Positions 1-6,653 of a DNA stretch of 10,356 nucleotides are shown here, one piece after another. Source of the DNA: a virus; the UHGV virus genome UHGV-0145483. One strand, given 5' to 3'. A model generated the notes under the pieces. That model was given only the letters and a program-made list of their open reading frames with translations, was not told the DNA's origin and searched no databases. A program made the translations under genes and the position numbers. How positions within the stretch are numbered: position 1 is the first letter of the stretch; every line of letters begins with the position of its first letter.

Positions 1-25
1 ATCCTGGTGGGCGGTCTGCAATCAG

Positions 26-562
26 GTGGTGGATGCACTACCTGAGGCAGTAGCGCGTCGTTCGCTGGGATTACCGGTGGAAAAAATCCGCTCCGTATAC
101 CGTGAGAGTGACATCGTACCGGGAGAACAGACAGCCATCAGCATACTGAAGCAGCGCACAAAAAATATTGCGCTTCCACTTCACGTCCACCAGCAACAGC
201 CCCCACCCCAGGAAAAGACGTTAGTAAGCATCGCCGTTGATCCGGAGTCTCCGGCTCAGTACCTCCAGCGCCAGAAACCACAACGGGAAGAGATGCCTGT
301 ATACACGCGCTGGGTAAAAACGCAGAAATGCATGACGTGTGGCAATCAGGCAGATGATCCGCATCACATCATTGGTCATGGACTGGGAGGTATGGGAACA
401 AAGGCTGACGATTTGTTTGTTATTCCGTTGTGCCGTAAATGCCATAACAAACTACATGCCGGAGTAAAAGATTTTGAAGAAAAACACGGCAGTCAGCTGT
501 TGTTGCTGATTCGTTTTTTAATGCACGCGAGAAATTCGGGTGTTCTGAAGTGGAAAGCATAA
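26..562 (+). CDS. nin-region phage protein with C-terminal Zn-ribbon/HNH-like domain (DUF1364/YbcO-like); 5' end ambiguous
   Basis: Frame is open from the left window edge; GTG at 26, internal ATG at 293 with weak SD gggaag. C-terminal ~90 aa carry CxxC...HH..GHG..G.GTK.DD...PLCRKCH, the Zn-binding pattern of small putative nucleases that precede rusA in lambdoid nin regions. Stop TAA 560-562 abuts the rusA ATG. Confidence 0.6.
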   Translation: MVDALPEAVARRSLGLPVEKIRSVYRESDIVPGEQTAISILKQRTKNIALPLHVHQQQPPPQEKTLVSIAVDPESPAQYLQRQKPQREEMPVYTRWVKTQKCMTCGNQADDPHHIIGHGLGGMGTKADDLFVIPLCRKCHNKLHAGVKDFEEKHGSQLLLLIRFLMHARNSGVLKWKA

Positions 563-928
563 ATGACCGAACGCATAGAATTTGTTTTGCCTTACCCGCC
601 GACGGTGAACACTTACTGGCGACGCCGTGGCAGCACATATTTTGTATCAAAAGCCGGGGAGCGTTATCGCCGGGCAGTGGCGCTTATTGTTCGCCAGCAG
701 CGGCTGAAATTAAGCCTGTCCGGAAGGTTGGCAATAAAAATTATTGCAGAACCACCGGATAAGCGCCGCCGTGACCTGGACAATATTCTGAAAGCACCGC
801 TGGATGCGCTTACGCATGCGGGGTTGTTAATGGACGATGAGCAGTTTGATGAAATCAATATTGTACGTGGTCAGCTTGTTCTTGGTGGTCGGCTGGGTGT
901 GAAGATTTACAAAATTGAGAGTGAGTGA
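563..928 (+). CDS. rusA: RusA Holliday-junction resolvase (crossover junction endodeoxyribonuclease)
   Basis: 121 aa; N-terminal LPYPPTVNTYWRRRG and central PDKRRRDLDNILKAPLDAL with catalytic Asp cluster match the RusA family; position immediately upstream of the antiterminator is typical. Confidence 0.85.
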   Translation: MTERIEFVLPYPPTVNTYWRRRGSTYFVSKAGERYRRAVALIVRQQRLKLSLSGRLAIKIIAEPPDKRRRDLDNILKAPLDALTHAGLLMDDEQFDEINIVRGQLVLGGRLGVKIYKIESE

Positions 929-936
929 GCGTAAAT

Positions 937-1464
937 ATGATATATCCGGAAATTACAGGCAAAAGCGGCGAACATTTACGCCTGAACACGCTGGAAGCAG
1001 TCTGGATCCAGGGGAAATTACGGATGTGGGGGCGGTGGTCGTATATCGGTGGGGGTAAATCCGGAAATATGTTTAACCGGTTACTGGTTTCGAAAAAGCT
1101 GACGAAAACAGCAGTTAATGAGGTTTTACGCAGAATGAAGAAATCCGGGCTGGAAAAACCGGAACTTGAGGCATTTTTTCGGGATATGACCAGAGGGAAG
1201 CAGAAGAGCTGGTTGTCACATTGTACAGACACAGAGGCGTTGATTATTGATCGCGTTATCAGTGAGGTGCTTGGGGAATATCCCGGACTAATCAATATTC
1301 TCCGGCAAAGGTACGAAGGACGGGGAATGAGCAAACTGAAAATGGCCGAAAGGTTAAATGCAGATCATCCTGAGTGGACGTTGGTTACGTGCAGACGCCG
1401 AATTGATCAGTGGTTGCGTATGGCTTTTGTTACAGAGAAAAAAATGTTGCAAACTGATCAATAA
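937..1464 (+). CDS. Q: Late-gene antiterminator Q (non-lambda Q family)
   Basis: 175 aa from ATG 937 (SD gagtgag 7 nt upstream; alternative GTG 925 overlaps the rusA stop). Sits between rusA and a short leader ending in an intrinsic terminator, the canonical Q/PR-prime/tR-prime arrangement. Family assignment is by position and size, not by a verified alignment. Confidence 0.7.
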   Translation: MIYPEITGKSGEHLRLNTLEAVWIQGKLRMWGRWSYIGGGKSGNMFNRLLVSKKLTKTAVNEVLRRMKKSGLEKPELEAFFRDMTRGKQKSWLSHCTDTEALIIDRVISEVLGEYPGLINILRQRYEGRGMSKLKMAERLNADHPEWTLVTCRRRIDQWLRMAFVTEKKMLQTDQ

Positions 1465-1536
1465 ACTGCTTCAATCCGTATAAGCTTCGCAAGGCTGTAT
1501 CGCGAGGCGAAATGCAAGTTTTTTTCGCACAAGGAA

Positions 1537-1558
1537 GCCACCGGAAGGTGGTTTTTTT
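1537..1558 (+). terminator. tR-prime-like intrinsic terminator ending a short late leader transcript
   Basis: Stem CCACC/GGTGG (1538-1542 with 1547-1551), GGAA tetraloop, then a 7-T run 1552-1558; lies about 75 nt after the Q stop. Confidence 0.5.
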
Positions 1559-1681
1559 GTGTCCGTAATATACAGCAGCGCAATAAATTCGCTGGTGGTT
1601 ATTAATACCGTTCTTTCAGCTTGCTGGCTTTTTCGACAAGAGTTATTGGTGTGTCACGTTAACCGGAAAAGGGAAAAAGAC

Positions 1682-1879
1682 ATGCTGAAACAGCAGGATA
1701 TGACCGAAACCGCCAGAGTGGTGTTTAATGAATTAAGCGTCACCGAACCGGCGACAGTCGGGGAGATTGCACAGAATACGTACCTTTCACGCGAACGCTG
1801 TCAGTTAATACTGACCCAGCTTGTTATGGCGGGGCTGGCAGACTATCAGTTCGGTTGTTACAGACGCCTTCCGCAGTGA
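1682..1879 (+). CDS. Small hypothetical protein (65 aa), possible winged-helix DNA-binding fold
   Basis: ATG 1682 preceded by aaaagggaaaaag; the longer ORF from 1559 would start inside the terminator T-run. Segment VGEIAQNTYLSRERCQLILTQLVMAGLADY resembles a wHTH recognition helix and wing. Stop overlaps a terminator hairpin. Confidence 0.5.
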   Translation: MLKQQDMTETARVVFNELSVTEPATVGEIAQNTYLSRERCQLILTQLVMAGLADYQFGCYRRLPQ

Positions 1880-1889
1880 AGGCTTTTTT
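1866..1889 (+). terminator. Intrinsic terminator overlapping the stop of the small ORF
   Basis: GCCTTC (1866-1871), 6-nt loop, GAAGGC (1878-1883), then TTTTTT 1884-1889. Confidence 0.5.
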
Positions 1890-1978
1890 ATTTGTGGTAA
1901 ATGGGCGGCTGGTGGGTGTTAGGGGCACTCACCAGCCATCTGCTCATGCGTCCGGATCACAAGCAAACCTCAGGCCCA

Positions 1979-1997
1979 CTGCTTTGCGCAAAAGCAG
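1979..1997. promoter_or_regulatory. Near-perfect palindrome upstream of the methyltransferase gene, candidate operator
   Basis: CTGCTTTGCGCAAAAGCAG is self-complementary apart from a 1-nt offset, centred on GCGC, about 35 bp upstream of ATG 2030. A 12-bp stem hairpin GGCTGGTGGGTG/CACTCACCAGCC lies at about 1908-1938. Confidence 0.3.
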
Positions 1998-2029
1998 AAT
2001 GAGCCTATCAGAGACAGGCTTAATGATCC

Positions 2030-3088
2030 ATGCTTAATACTGTAAAAATATCCAGTTGTGAGTTAATCAACGCCGACTGCCTGGAATTTATCCGGTCGTT
2101 ACCCGAAAATTCTGTTGACCTGATAGTCACGGACCCGCCGTACTTTAAAGTGAAGCCTGAGGGCTGGGATAACCAGTGGAAGGGCGACGATGATTACCTG
2201 AAATGGCTGGACCAGTGTCTGGCGCAGTTCTGGCGGGTGCTGAAACCTGCCGGAAGTCTTTACCTGTTCTGTGGCCATCGCCTGGCATCTGATATCGAAA
2301 TCATGATGCGTGAACGCTTCAGTGTGCTGAACCATATTATCTGGGCGAAGCCGTCCGGACGCTGGAACGGGTGCAACAAGGAAAGCCTGAGGGCGTATTT
2401 CCCCGCCACAGAGCGCATTCTGTTCGCGGAACATTATCAGGGGCCGTATCGCCCGAAAGATGCCGGGTATGAGGCGAAGGGCAGGGCACTGAAACAGCAT
2501 GTGATGGCCCCGCTGATTTCTTACTTTCGTGATGCGCGTGCTGCCCTGGGGATAACGGCAAAACAGATAGTGGATGCCACAGGAAAGAAAAACATGGTGT
2601 CGCACTGGTTCAGTGCCAGCCAGTGGCAGCTACCGGACGAAAGCGATTATCTGAAATTACAGGCGCTGTTTGCCCGGGTGGCAGAAGAGAAGCATCAGCG
2701 GGGTGAACTGGAAAAGCCCCACCACCAGCTGCTGGAGACGTATACTTCACTGAACCGGCAGTATGCGGAACTGCAGAGTGAATATAAGCATCTGCGGCGG
2801 TATTTTGGCGTAACTGCGCAGGTGCCGTACACGGATGTGTGGACGCATAAACCGGTGCAGTACTATCCCGGGAAACATCCGTGCGAAAAACCGGCAGAAA
2901 TGCTGCAGCAGATAATCAGTGCGAGCAGTCGTCCGGGTGACCTGGTTGCAGATTTCTTCATGGGGTCAGGTTCGACAGTCAAAGCAGCGATAGCGCTGGG
3001 ACGTCGTGCAACTGGCGTTGAGCTGGAGACTGAGCGTTTTGAGCAGACGGTCAGGGAAGTTCAGAATTTAGTCAGTCAGAACGGATGA
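2030..3088 (+). CDS. DNA amino-methyltransferase, beta class (N6-adenine or N4-cytosine)
   Basis: 352 aa; catalytic motif IV DPPY (IVTDPPYF) near the N-terminus and AdoMet motif I FxGxG (DFFMGSGST) near the C-terminus, the permuted order of beta-class amino-MTases. No adjacent restriction endonuclease is visible, so it looks orphan. Confidence 0.85.
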   Translation: MLNTVKISSCELINADCLEFIRSLPENSVDLIVTDPPYFKVKPEGWDNQWKGDDDYLKWLDQCLAQFWRVLKPAGSLYLFCGHRLASDIEIMMRERFSVLNHIIWAKPSGRWNGCNKESLRAYFPATERILFAEHYQGPYRPKDAGYEAKGRALKQHVMAPLISYFRDARAALGITAKQIVDATGKKNMVSHWFSASQWQLPDESDYLKLQALFARVAEEKHQRGELEKPHHQLLETYTSLNRQYAELQSEYKHLRRYFGVTAQVPYTDVWTHKPVQYYPGKHPCEKPAEMLQQIISASSRPGDLVADFFMGSGSTVKAAIALGRRATGVELETERFEQTVREVQNLVSQNG

Positions 3089-3128
3089 TATTGCAGGATT
3101 AGTTACGTACCGTTATTATCCTGCGCCC

Positions 3129-3204
3129 GGCCCTTTAGCTCAGTGGTGAGAGCGAGCGACTCATAATCGCCAGGTCGCTGGTTCAAATCCAGCAAGGGCC
3201 ACCA
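3129..3204 (+). tRNA. ileZ: tRNA with CAU anticodon, Ile2 (lysidine)-like
   Basis: Manual cloverleaf: acceptor GGCCCTT/AAGGGCC, D-arm TAGCTCAGTGG...GAGC, anticodon loop CTCATAA, T-loop GGTTCAAATCC, encoded CCA at 3202-3204. Close to E. coli ileX as recalled. Confidence 0.85.
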
Positions 3205-3211
3205 TCACATA

Positions 3212-3288
3212 CCGCCATTAGCTCATCAGGATAGAGCGCCAGCCTTCGAAGCTGGTTGCGCGGGGTTCGAGTCCTCGATGGCGGTCCA
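3212..3288 (+). tRNA. argN: tRNA-Arg, anticodon UCG (reads CGA)
   Basis: Manual fold: acceptor CCGCCAT/ATGGCGG (C1:G72), D-stem GCTC/GAGC, anticodon stem CCAGC/GCTGG with loop CTTCGAA, T-loop TTCGAGT, encoded CCA at 3286-3288. Gene name follows Stx-phage convention and is not verified. Confidence 0.75.
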
Positions 3289-3301
3289 TTATCGGTATTC
3301 T

Positions 3302-3378
3302 GCGTTGTTAGCTCAGCCGGACAGAGCAATTGCCTTCTAAGCAATCGGTCACTGGTTCGACTCCAGTACAACGCGCCA
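3302..3378 (+). tRNA. argO: tRNA-Arg, anticodon UCU (reads AGA/AGG)
   Basis: Manual fold: acceptor GCGTTGT/ACAACGC, D-stem GCTC/GAGC, anticodon stem ATTGC/GCAAT with loop CTTCTAA, T-loop TTCGACT, encoded CCA at 3376-3378. Confidence 0.8.
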
Positions 3379-3443
3379 CACTTATTTTTTTCTGGCTTGC
3401 TTCGGCGGGCCTTTTAGTTGCTGAAAAAGAAAACACCAGGTGG

Positions 3444-3476
3444 TTAGCAGGGTATCCGTTACCCTGCTAAATTTTT
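3444..3476 (+). terminator. Intrinsic terminator downstream of the tRNA cluster
   Basis: Perfect 11-bp stem TTAGCAGGGTA/TACCCTGCTAA (3444-3454 with 3460-3470), 5-nt loop, then TTTTT 3472-3476. Confidence 0.55.
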
Positions 3477-3691
3477 AAATACCTCACAATTCAGCAAGTT
3501 GATGATTGTCTGGCTGTCAGGGATTTTGTTAAAAAAATCCTGCATGGTGAATCCCCCTGAGCGGAGGGGCGACTGGTGACGGTATAATCTCTGATTATCA
3601 AAACGAGAATGACGCGGGTTTAGTGGCACCGGGCTGAACTCACCGGGAGGCACCCGGCACCATGTTCATGGTGATACAGAAATGCGGCTTC

Positions 3692-3716
3692 AGCCCCTCT
3701 CCGGAGGGGCTTTCTT
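3692..3716 (+). terminator. Intrinsic terminator, + strand
   Basis: 8-bp stem AGCCCCTC/GAGGGGCT with TCCG loop, followed by TTCTT. Confidence 0.45.
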
Positions 3717-3722
3717 ATGGAC

Positions 3723-3750
3723 AAAAAAGCCCGCGCTGGGAGACGCGGGC
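3723..3750 (-). terminator. Intrinsic terminator, - strand, back-to-back with the + strand one
   Basis: 7-bp stem GCCCGCG/CGCGGGC (3729-3735 with 3744-3750), 8-nt loop; A6 at 3723-3728 on + gives a U-run after the hairpin on the - strand. Confidence 0.4.
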
Positions 3751-3944
3751 GGCAAGGAATAAACAATAAAACGTGAAGTAATATTTCAGCTGGCGAATAA
3801 TACCCCATAGTAATCACTCTGCGCAACTGCGCGGCCTTTTTCGTATTGCGGGCTGTAGTCTCCCTTCTGCCATTGTCCTGTAACTTCCGGACTTCAGCCC
3901 GTTCCCTCATCTGACTCACAACATTATCCCGACCGGGAGGATTC

Positions 3945-5927
3945 ATGACATTTAAACACTACGATGTGGTCAGGGCGGCGTCGCCGTCAGACCTTGCGGA
4001 GCGACTGACACAAAAACTGAAGGAGGGGTGGCAGCCATTTGGCAGCCCTGTCGCCATCACGCCTTATACCCTGATGCAGGCCATTGCGGCGGAAGGTGAT
4101 GTCACCACACCGGTGGTGGTGCAACCGTCGGGTGATGGTGGCGCTGTTATCAGCACCACCAGCGAACCGGAATATTACTTTGTCATTGCGCTGGCCGGGC
4201 AGTCCAACTCGATGTCTTTTGGCGAGGGGCTGCCGCTGCCGGAGACATATGACCGTCCGGACCCGCGTATTAAACAGCTGGCGCGTCGCAGTACGGTGAC
4301 GCCGGGTGGTGCCGCCTGTAAATATAACGACATCATTCCGGCAGACCACTGTCTGCATGATGTGCAGGATATGAGTAACCTGAATCATCCTCATGCAGAC
4401 CTGAGTAAGGGACAGTACGGTTGTGTGGGGCATGCTCTGCATGTTGCCAAAAAGCTGCTGCCGTTTATGCCTGCGAATGCGGGTATCCTTCTTGTTCCAT
4501 GTGGCCGTGGCGATTCGGGATTTACTGCGGGGGCCGAGGGGGCGTTTAACGAAGCGTCGGGAGCGACCGCAGGCTCGTCCCTGTGGGGGGCGGATAAACC
4601 GCTGTATCATGACCTGGTCAGCAGAACCCGTGCGGCCCTGAAGAAAAATCCGAAGAACGTGCTGTTATCAGTGATCTGGATGCAGGGAGAAAAAGATGTC
4701 AGTTCGGGGAGACATGCAGAACACAATGCGCTTTTCCTTGCCATGGTAAATCAGTTCCGTACGGAACTGGCAGATGTGGCAGAGCAGTGTACTGGCGGGA
4801 CAACGGCCAGCGTCCCGTGGATTTGCGGTGATACCACGTACTACTGGAAGGAAAGGTATGCAGCGCCGTATGAGGCGGTTTACGGTGGGTATAAAGGCAA
4901 AGCTGCGCAGAATATTCACTTTGTGCCGTTGATGACGGATGAGCATGGTGCGAATGTGCCGACAAACGAGCCGTCAGAAGATCCGGACATTATCACGGCG
5001 GGATACTATGGTGCCGCGTCACGCAGTAATGGTAACTGGACGACAGCCGATCGTAAAACGCACTTCAGCTCCTGGGCGCGAAGAGGCATTGTTTCAGATC
5101 GGCTGGCAGGAGAGATACTGGTGCGAGCCGGGCGTTTGCTGCCGTTCCTGAGCGGGCAGTCTGCACCGCTGGCGACCACGCCAGCCTCCACGGGGGATGC
5201 ACAGTCTGGCTCTGCGGGTCAGACGCAACAGCAGGGTGCAGGTACTTCTGCAGGCGGTCATACTGAAGCCGTAACAAGAATGGTGGCCGGATATGATGCG
5301 AACAGTGGCAGTGGTGTATGGACAGAGCAGCAGTGGAATGCGTCCGGTGGTAAAGGCACTGTGACGGATGACAGTGGCAGGAAGGCGCTGCGACTGGAAA
5401 AACAGCCGGGTAAACTGACCTCCTGGAAGATGTTCCGTACTGTTGCGGTGGAGGAGGCAAAAAATCTTCTCAGCAAGGGGGGTGAAATTGCCGTACGGTT
5501 CAAAATTCCGGATGGAAGCGAACTGGTGAACGGACAGTTTGTCTTTGGTCTCTACTGGCCGGTGTCGCAGTGGGCGTCAGGCGCGGCAGCAAACAGTATG
5601 CTGGCATCATTCTTCCTTCAGACGGATGCATCAAATCTGAATCTTATGCACCACAAGGGCACGTCGAATGCACAACTGGGTACATTTGGTGCGTTTGACC
5701 ATAACTGGCATACGGTTGTTTTCCGCTTTGCGGGAAATAACAGCGAAAGAGTCGTTCCGGTGATTGATGGTACAGAGCAGACGGCGTTTGACCTTGTGAT
5801 GTGGACAAATGATGGCTTTACAGCAGATACGCTGACGCTGACAGATATCACGGGGGCAAAAGCGACGTATCCGGTACTGCTTGATACGGTCACAGTCAAA
5901 GTTAACGAAAGCCGGGCATCATCATAA
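3945..5927 (+). CDS. nanS-p: Prophage sialate O-acetylesterase NanS-p family (DUF1737 N-domain, SGNH esterase, C-terminal beta-rich domain)
   Basis: 660 aa; SD gggagg 4 nt before the ATG. N-terminal MTFKHYDVVRA...EGWQPFGSPV matches the DUF1737-type domain of phage NanS-p proteins; SGNH block I FVIALAGQSNSMSFGEG carries the catalytic Ser; a Ser/Gly/Thr/Gln-rich linker (about aa 400-440) precedes the C-terminal domain. Position matches the gene that follows stx in Stx phages. Confidence 0.85.
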   Translation: MTFKHYDVVRAASPSDLAERLTQKLKEGWQPFGSPVAITPYTLMQAIAAEGDVTTPVVVQPSGDGGAVISTTSEPEYYFVIALAGQSNSMSFGEGLPLPETYDRPDPRIKQLARRSTVTPGGAACKYNDIIPADHCLHDVQDMSNLNHPHADLSKGQYGCVGHALHVAKKLLPFMPANAGILLVPCGRGDSGFTAGAEGAFNEASGATAGSSLWGADKPLYHDLVSRTRAALKKNPKNVLLSVIWMQGEKDVSSGRHAEHNALFLAMVNQFRTELADVAEQCTGGTTASVPWICGDTTYYWKERYAAPYEAVYGGYKGKAAQNIHFVPLMTDEHGANVPTNEPSEDPDIITAGYYGAASRSNGNWTTADRKTHFSSWARRGIVSDRLAGEILVRAGRLLPFLSGQSAPLATTPASTGDAQSGSAGQTQQQGAGTSAGGHTEAVTRMVAGYDANSGSGVWTEQQWNASGGKGTVTDDSGRKALRLEKQPGKLTSWKMFRTVAVEEAKNLLSKGGEIAVRFKIPDGSELVNGQFVFGLYWPVSQWASGAAANSMLASFFLQTDASNLNLMHHKGTSNAQLGTFGAFDHNWHTVVFRFAGNNSERVVPVIDGTEQTAFDLVMWTNDGFTADTLTLTDITGAKATYPVLLDTVTVKVNESRASS

Positions 5928-5932
5928 CCGGC

Positions 5933-5969
5933 AAAAAAAGCCGCCAGCGGCAGGAACGGAAGCTGGCGG
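5933..5969 (-). terminator. Minus-strand terminator-like hairpin just after the nanS-p stop
   Basis: A7 (5933-5939) then 8-bp stem CCGCCAGC/GCTGGCGG (5941-5948 with 5962-5969) around a 13-nt loop; only on the - strand does a U-run follow the hairpin. Confidence 0.3.
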
Positions 5970-6066
5970 AGGTAATCCCAATGGAGAATGTAAAGAAAAG
6001 ATGCTTTCGTATATCGGTTTTTTAAATGAAAACAGTTCTCATTGTCAACCATAACGGTAAGAAACT

Positions 6067-6249
6067 ATGACATTTGTTCATCAGGTGATGCTGTACTTCT
6101 GTACGGCAGTCTGTGTTATGTATCTTCTTTCGGGTGGGTACAGGGCAGTGCGCGATTTCTGGCGCAGGCAGATTGATAAAAGGGCCGCAGAGAAAATCAG
6201 TGCCAGTCAGTCAGCCGGAAGCAAACCTGAAGATCCGCTCATTCCGTAG
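6067..6249 (+). CDS. Hypothetical small membrane protein (60 aa)
   Basis: ATG 6067 with weak SD-like ggtaag; N-terminal hydrophobic segment VMLYFCTAVCVMYLL followed by a basic C-terminus. No family recognised. Confidence 0.3.
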   Translation: MTFVHQVMLYFCTAVCVMYLLSGGYRAVRDFWRRQIDKRAAEKISASQSAGSKPEDPLIP

Positions 6250-6286
6250 TCACTTTCTTGACAACACCTTTCAACGAGAAAATCCT

Positions 6287-6577
6287 ATGTCAGAAATAAA
6301 ATCGCTGGTCACTGCTGAGGCAGTGAAGGAAGTCCTGCGCTCTGAAGAAGTCCGGAGCGCACTGAAACAGCAACTTCGGCAGAACCTTGAGGCGCGTCTT
6401 GATGCAGAAGTGGATGCCATTCTGGATGAATTGCTTGGTGCACAGCCGGAACCATCCCCGGAACTGCTTCCGGAACCACAGGCGGAAGATGTCACCACGG
6501 AAAATGGTGATATTCAGCCGGAGCCACCGGTGACGGATATGACAGACACACAACCCGAACCGGGCACAATGCTGTAA
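6287..6577 (+). CDS. Hypothetical highly acidic protein (96 aa) with Pro/Glu-rich C-terminal tail
   Basis: ATG 6287; about 22 Asp+Glu versus 7 Lys+Arg; N-terminal predicted helix, C-terminus with three QPEP repeats. Consensus -35 TTGACA at 6258-6263 upstream and a strong terminator immediately downstream. Confidence 0.55.
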   Translation: MSEIKSLVTAEAVKEVLRSEEVRSALKQQLRQNLEARLDAEVDAILDELLGAQPEPSPELLPEPQAEDVTTENGDIQPEPPVTDMTDTQPEPGTML

Positions 6578-6588
6578 CGGCGGGGCAG

Positions 6589-6623
6589 GGCCATCAGTAA
6601 AACACTGATGGCCTTTTTTATTT
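6589..6623 (+). terminator. Strong intrinsic terminator between the acidic ORF and the holin
   Basis: Perfect 10-bp stem GGCCATCAGT/ACTGATGGCC (6589-6598 with 6604-6613), 5-nt loop, then TTTTTT 6614-6619. Confidence 0.6.
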
Positions 6624-6653
6624 CCGGTAGCACAGGTCTGTCGGGGCGGGGAT

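Noticed and set aside
1855-2037. 60-aa + strand ORF between the small wHTH gene and the methyltransferase
   Set aside because: Starts inside the terminator hairpin and spans the 12-bp hairpin and the palindrome; no SD; more likely a regulatory region.
2099-2605. 168-aa and 74-aa minus-strand ORFs
   Set aside because: Entirely antisense to the methyltransferase gene, which has clear catalytic motifs; shadow ORFs.
3379-3944. Possible Shiga toxin genes (stxA/stxB) at the canonical position between the tRNA cluster and nanS-p
   Set aside because: The gap is only 566 bp and has no ORF of the size of StxA (about 320 aa) or StxB (about 90 aa); it is filled with terminator hairpins instead.
3620-3946. 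108-aa minus-strand ORF
   Set aside because: It runs through two intrinsic terminator hairpins and a GC-rich palindromic stretch, has no SD, and its Arg-rich composition looks like GC-rich non-coding sequence.
3987-5503. Several minus-strand ORFs (3987-4610, 4668-4965, 5006-5191, 5065-5460, 5258-5503)
   Set aside because: All lie antisense inside the well-supported nanS-p gene and show low-complexity Arg/Pro/His-rich composition typical of shadow frames.
5618-6052. 144-aa minus-strand ORF
   Set aside because: Mostly antisense to the 3' end of nanS-p and crosses the terminator hairpin; no SD.
6113-6286. Longer 154-aa version of the acidic ORF starting at ATG 6113
   Set aside because: The upstream extension overlaps the 60-aa ORF in another frame, has no SD and would place the -35-like TTGACA inside the coding region; ATG 6287 gives a more coherent protein.
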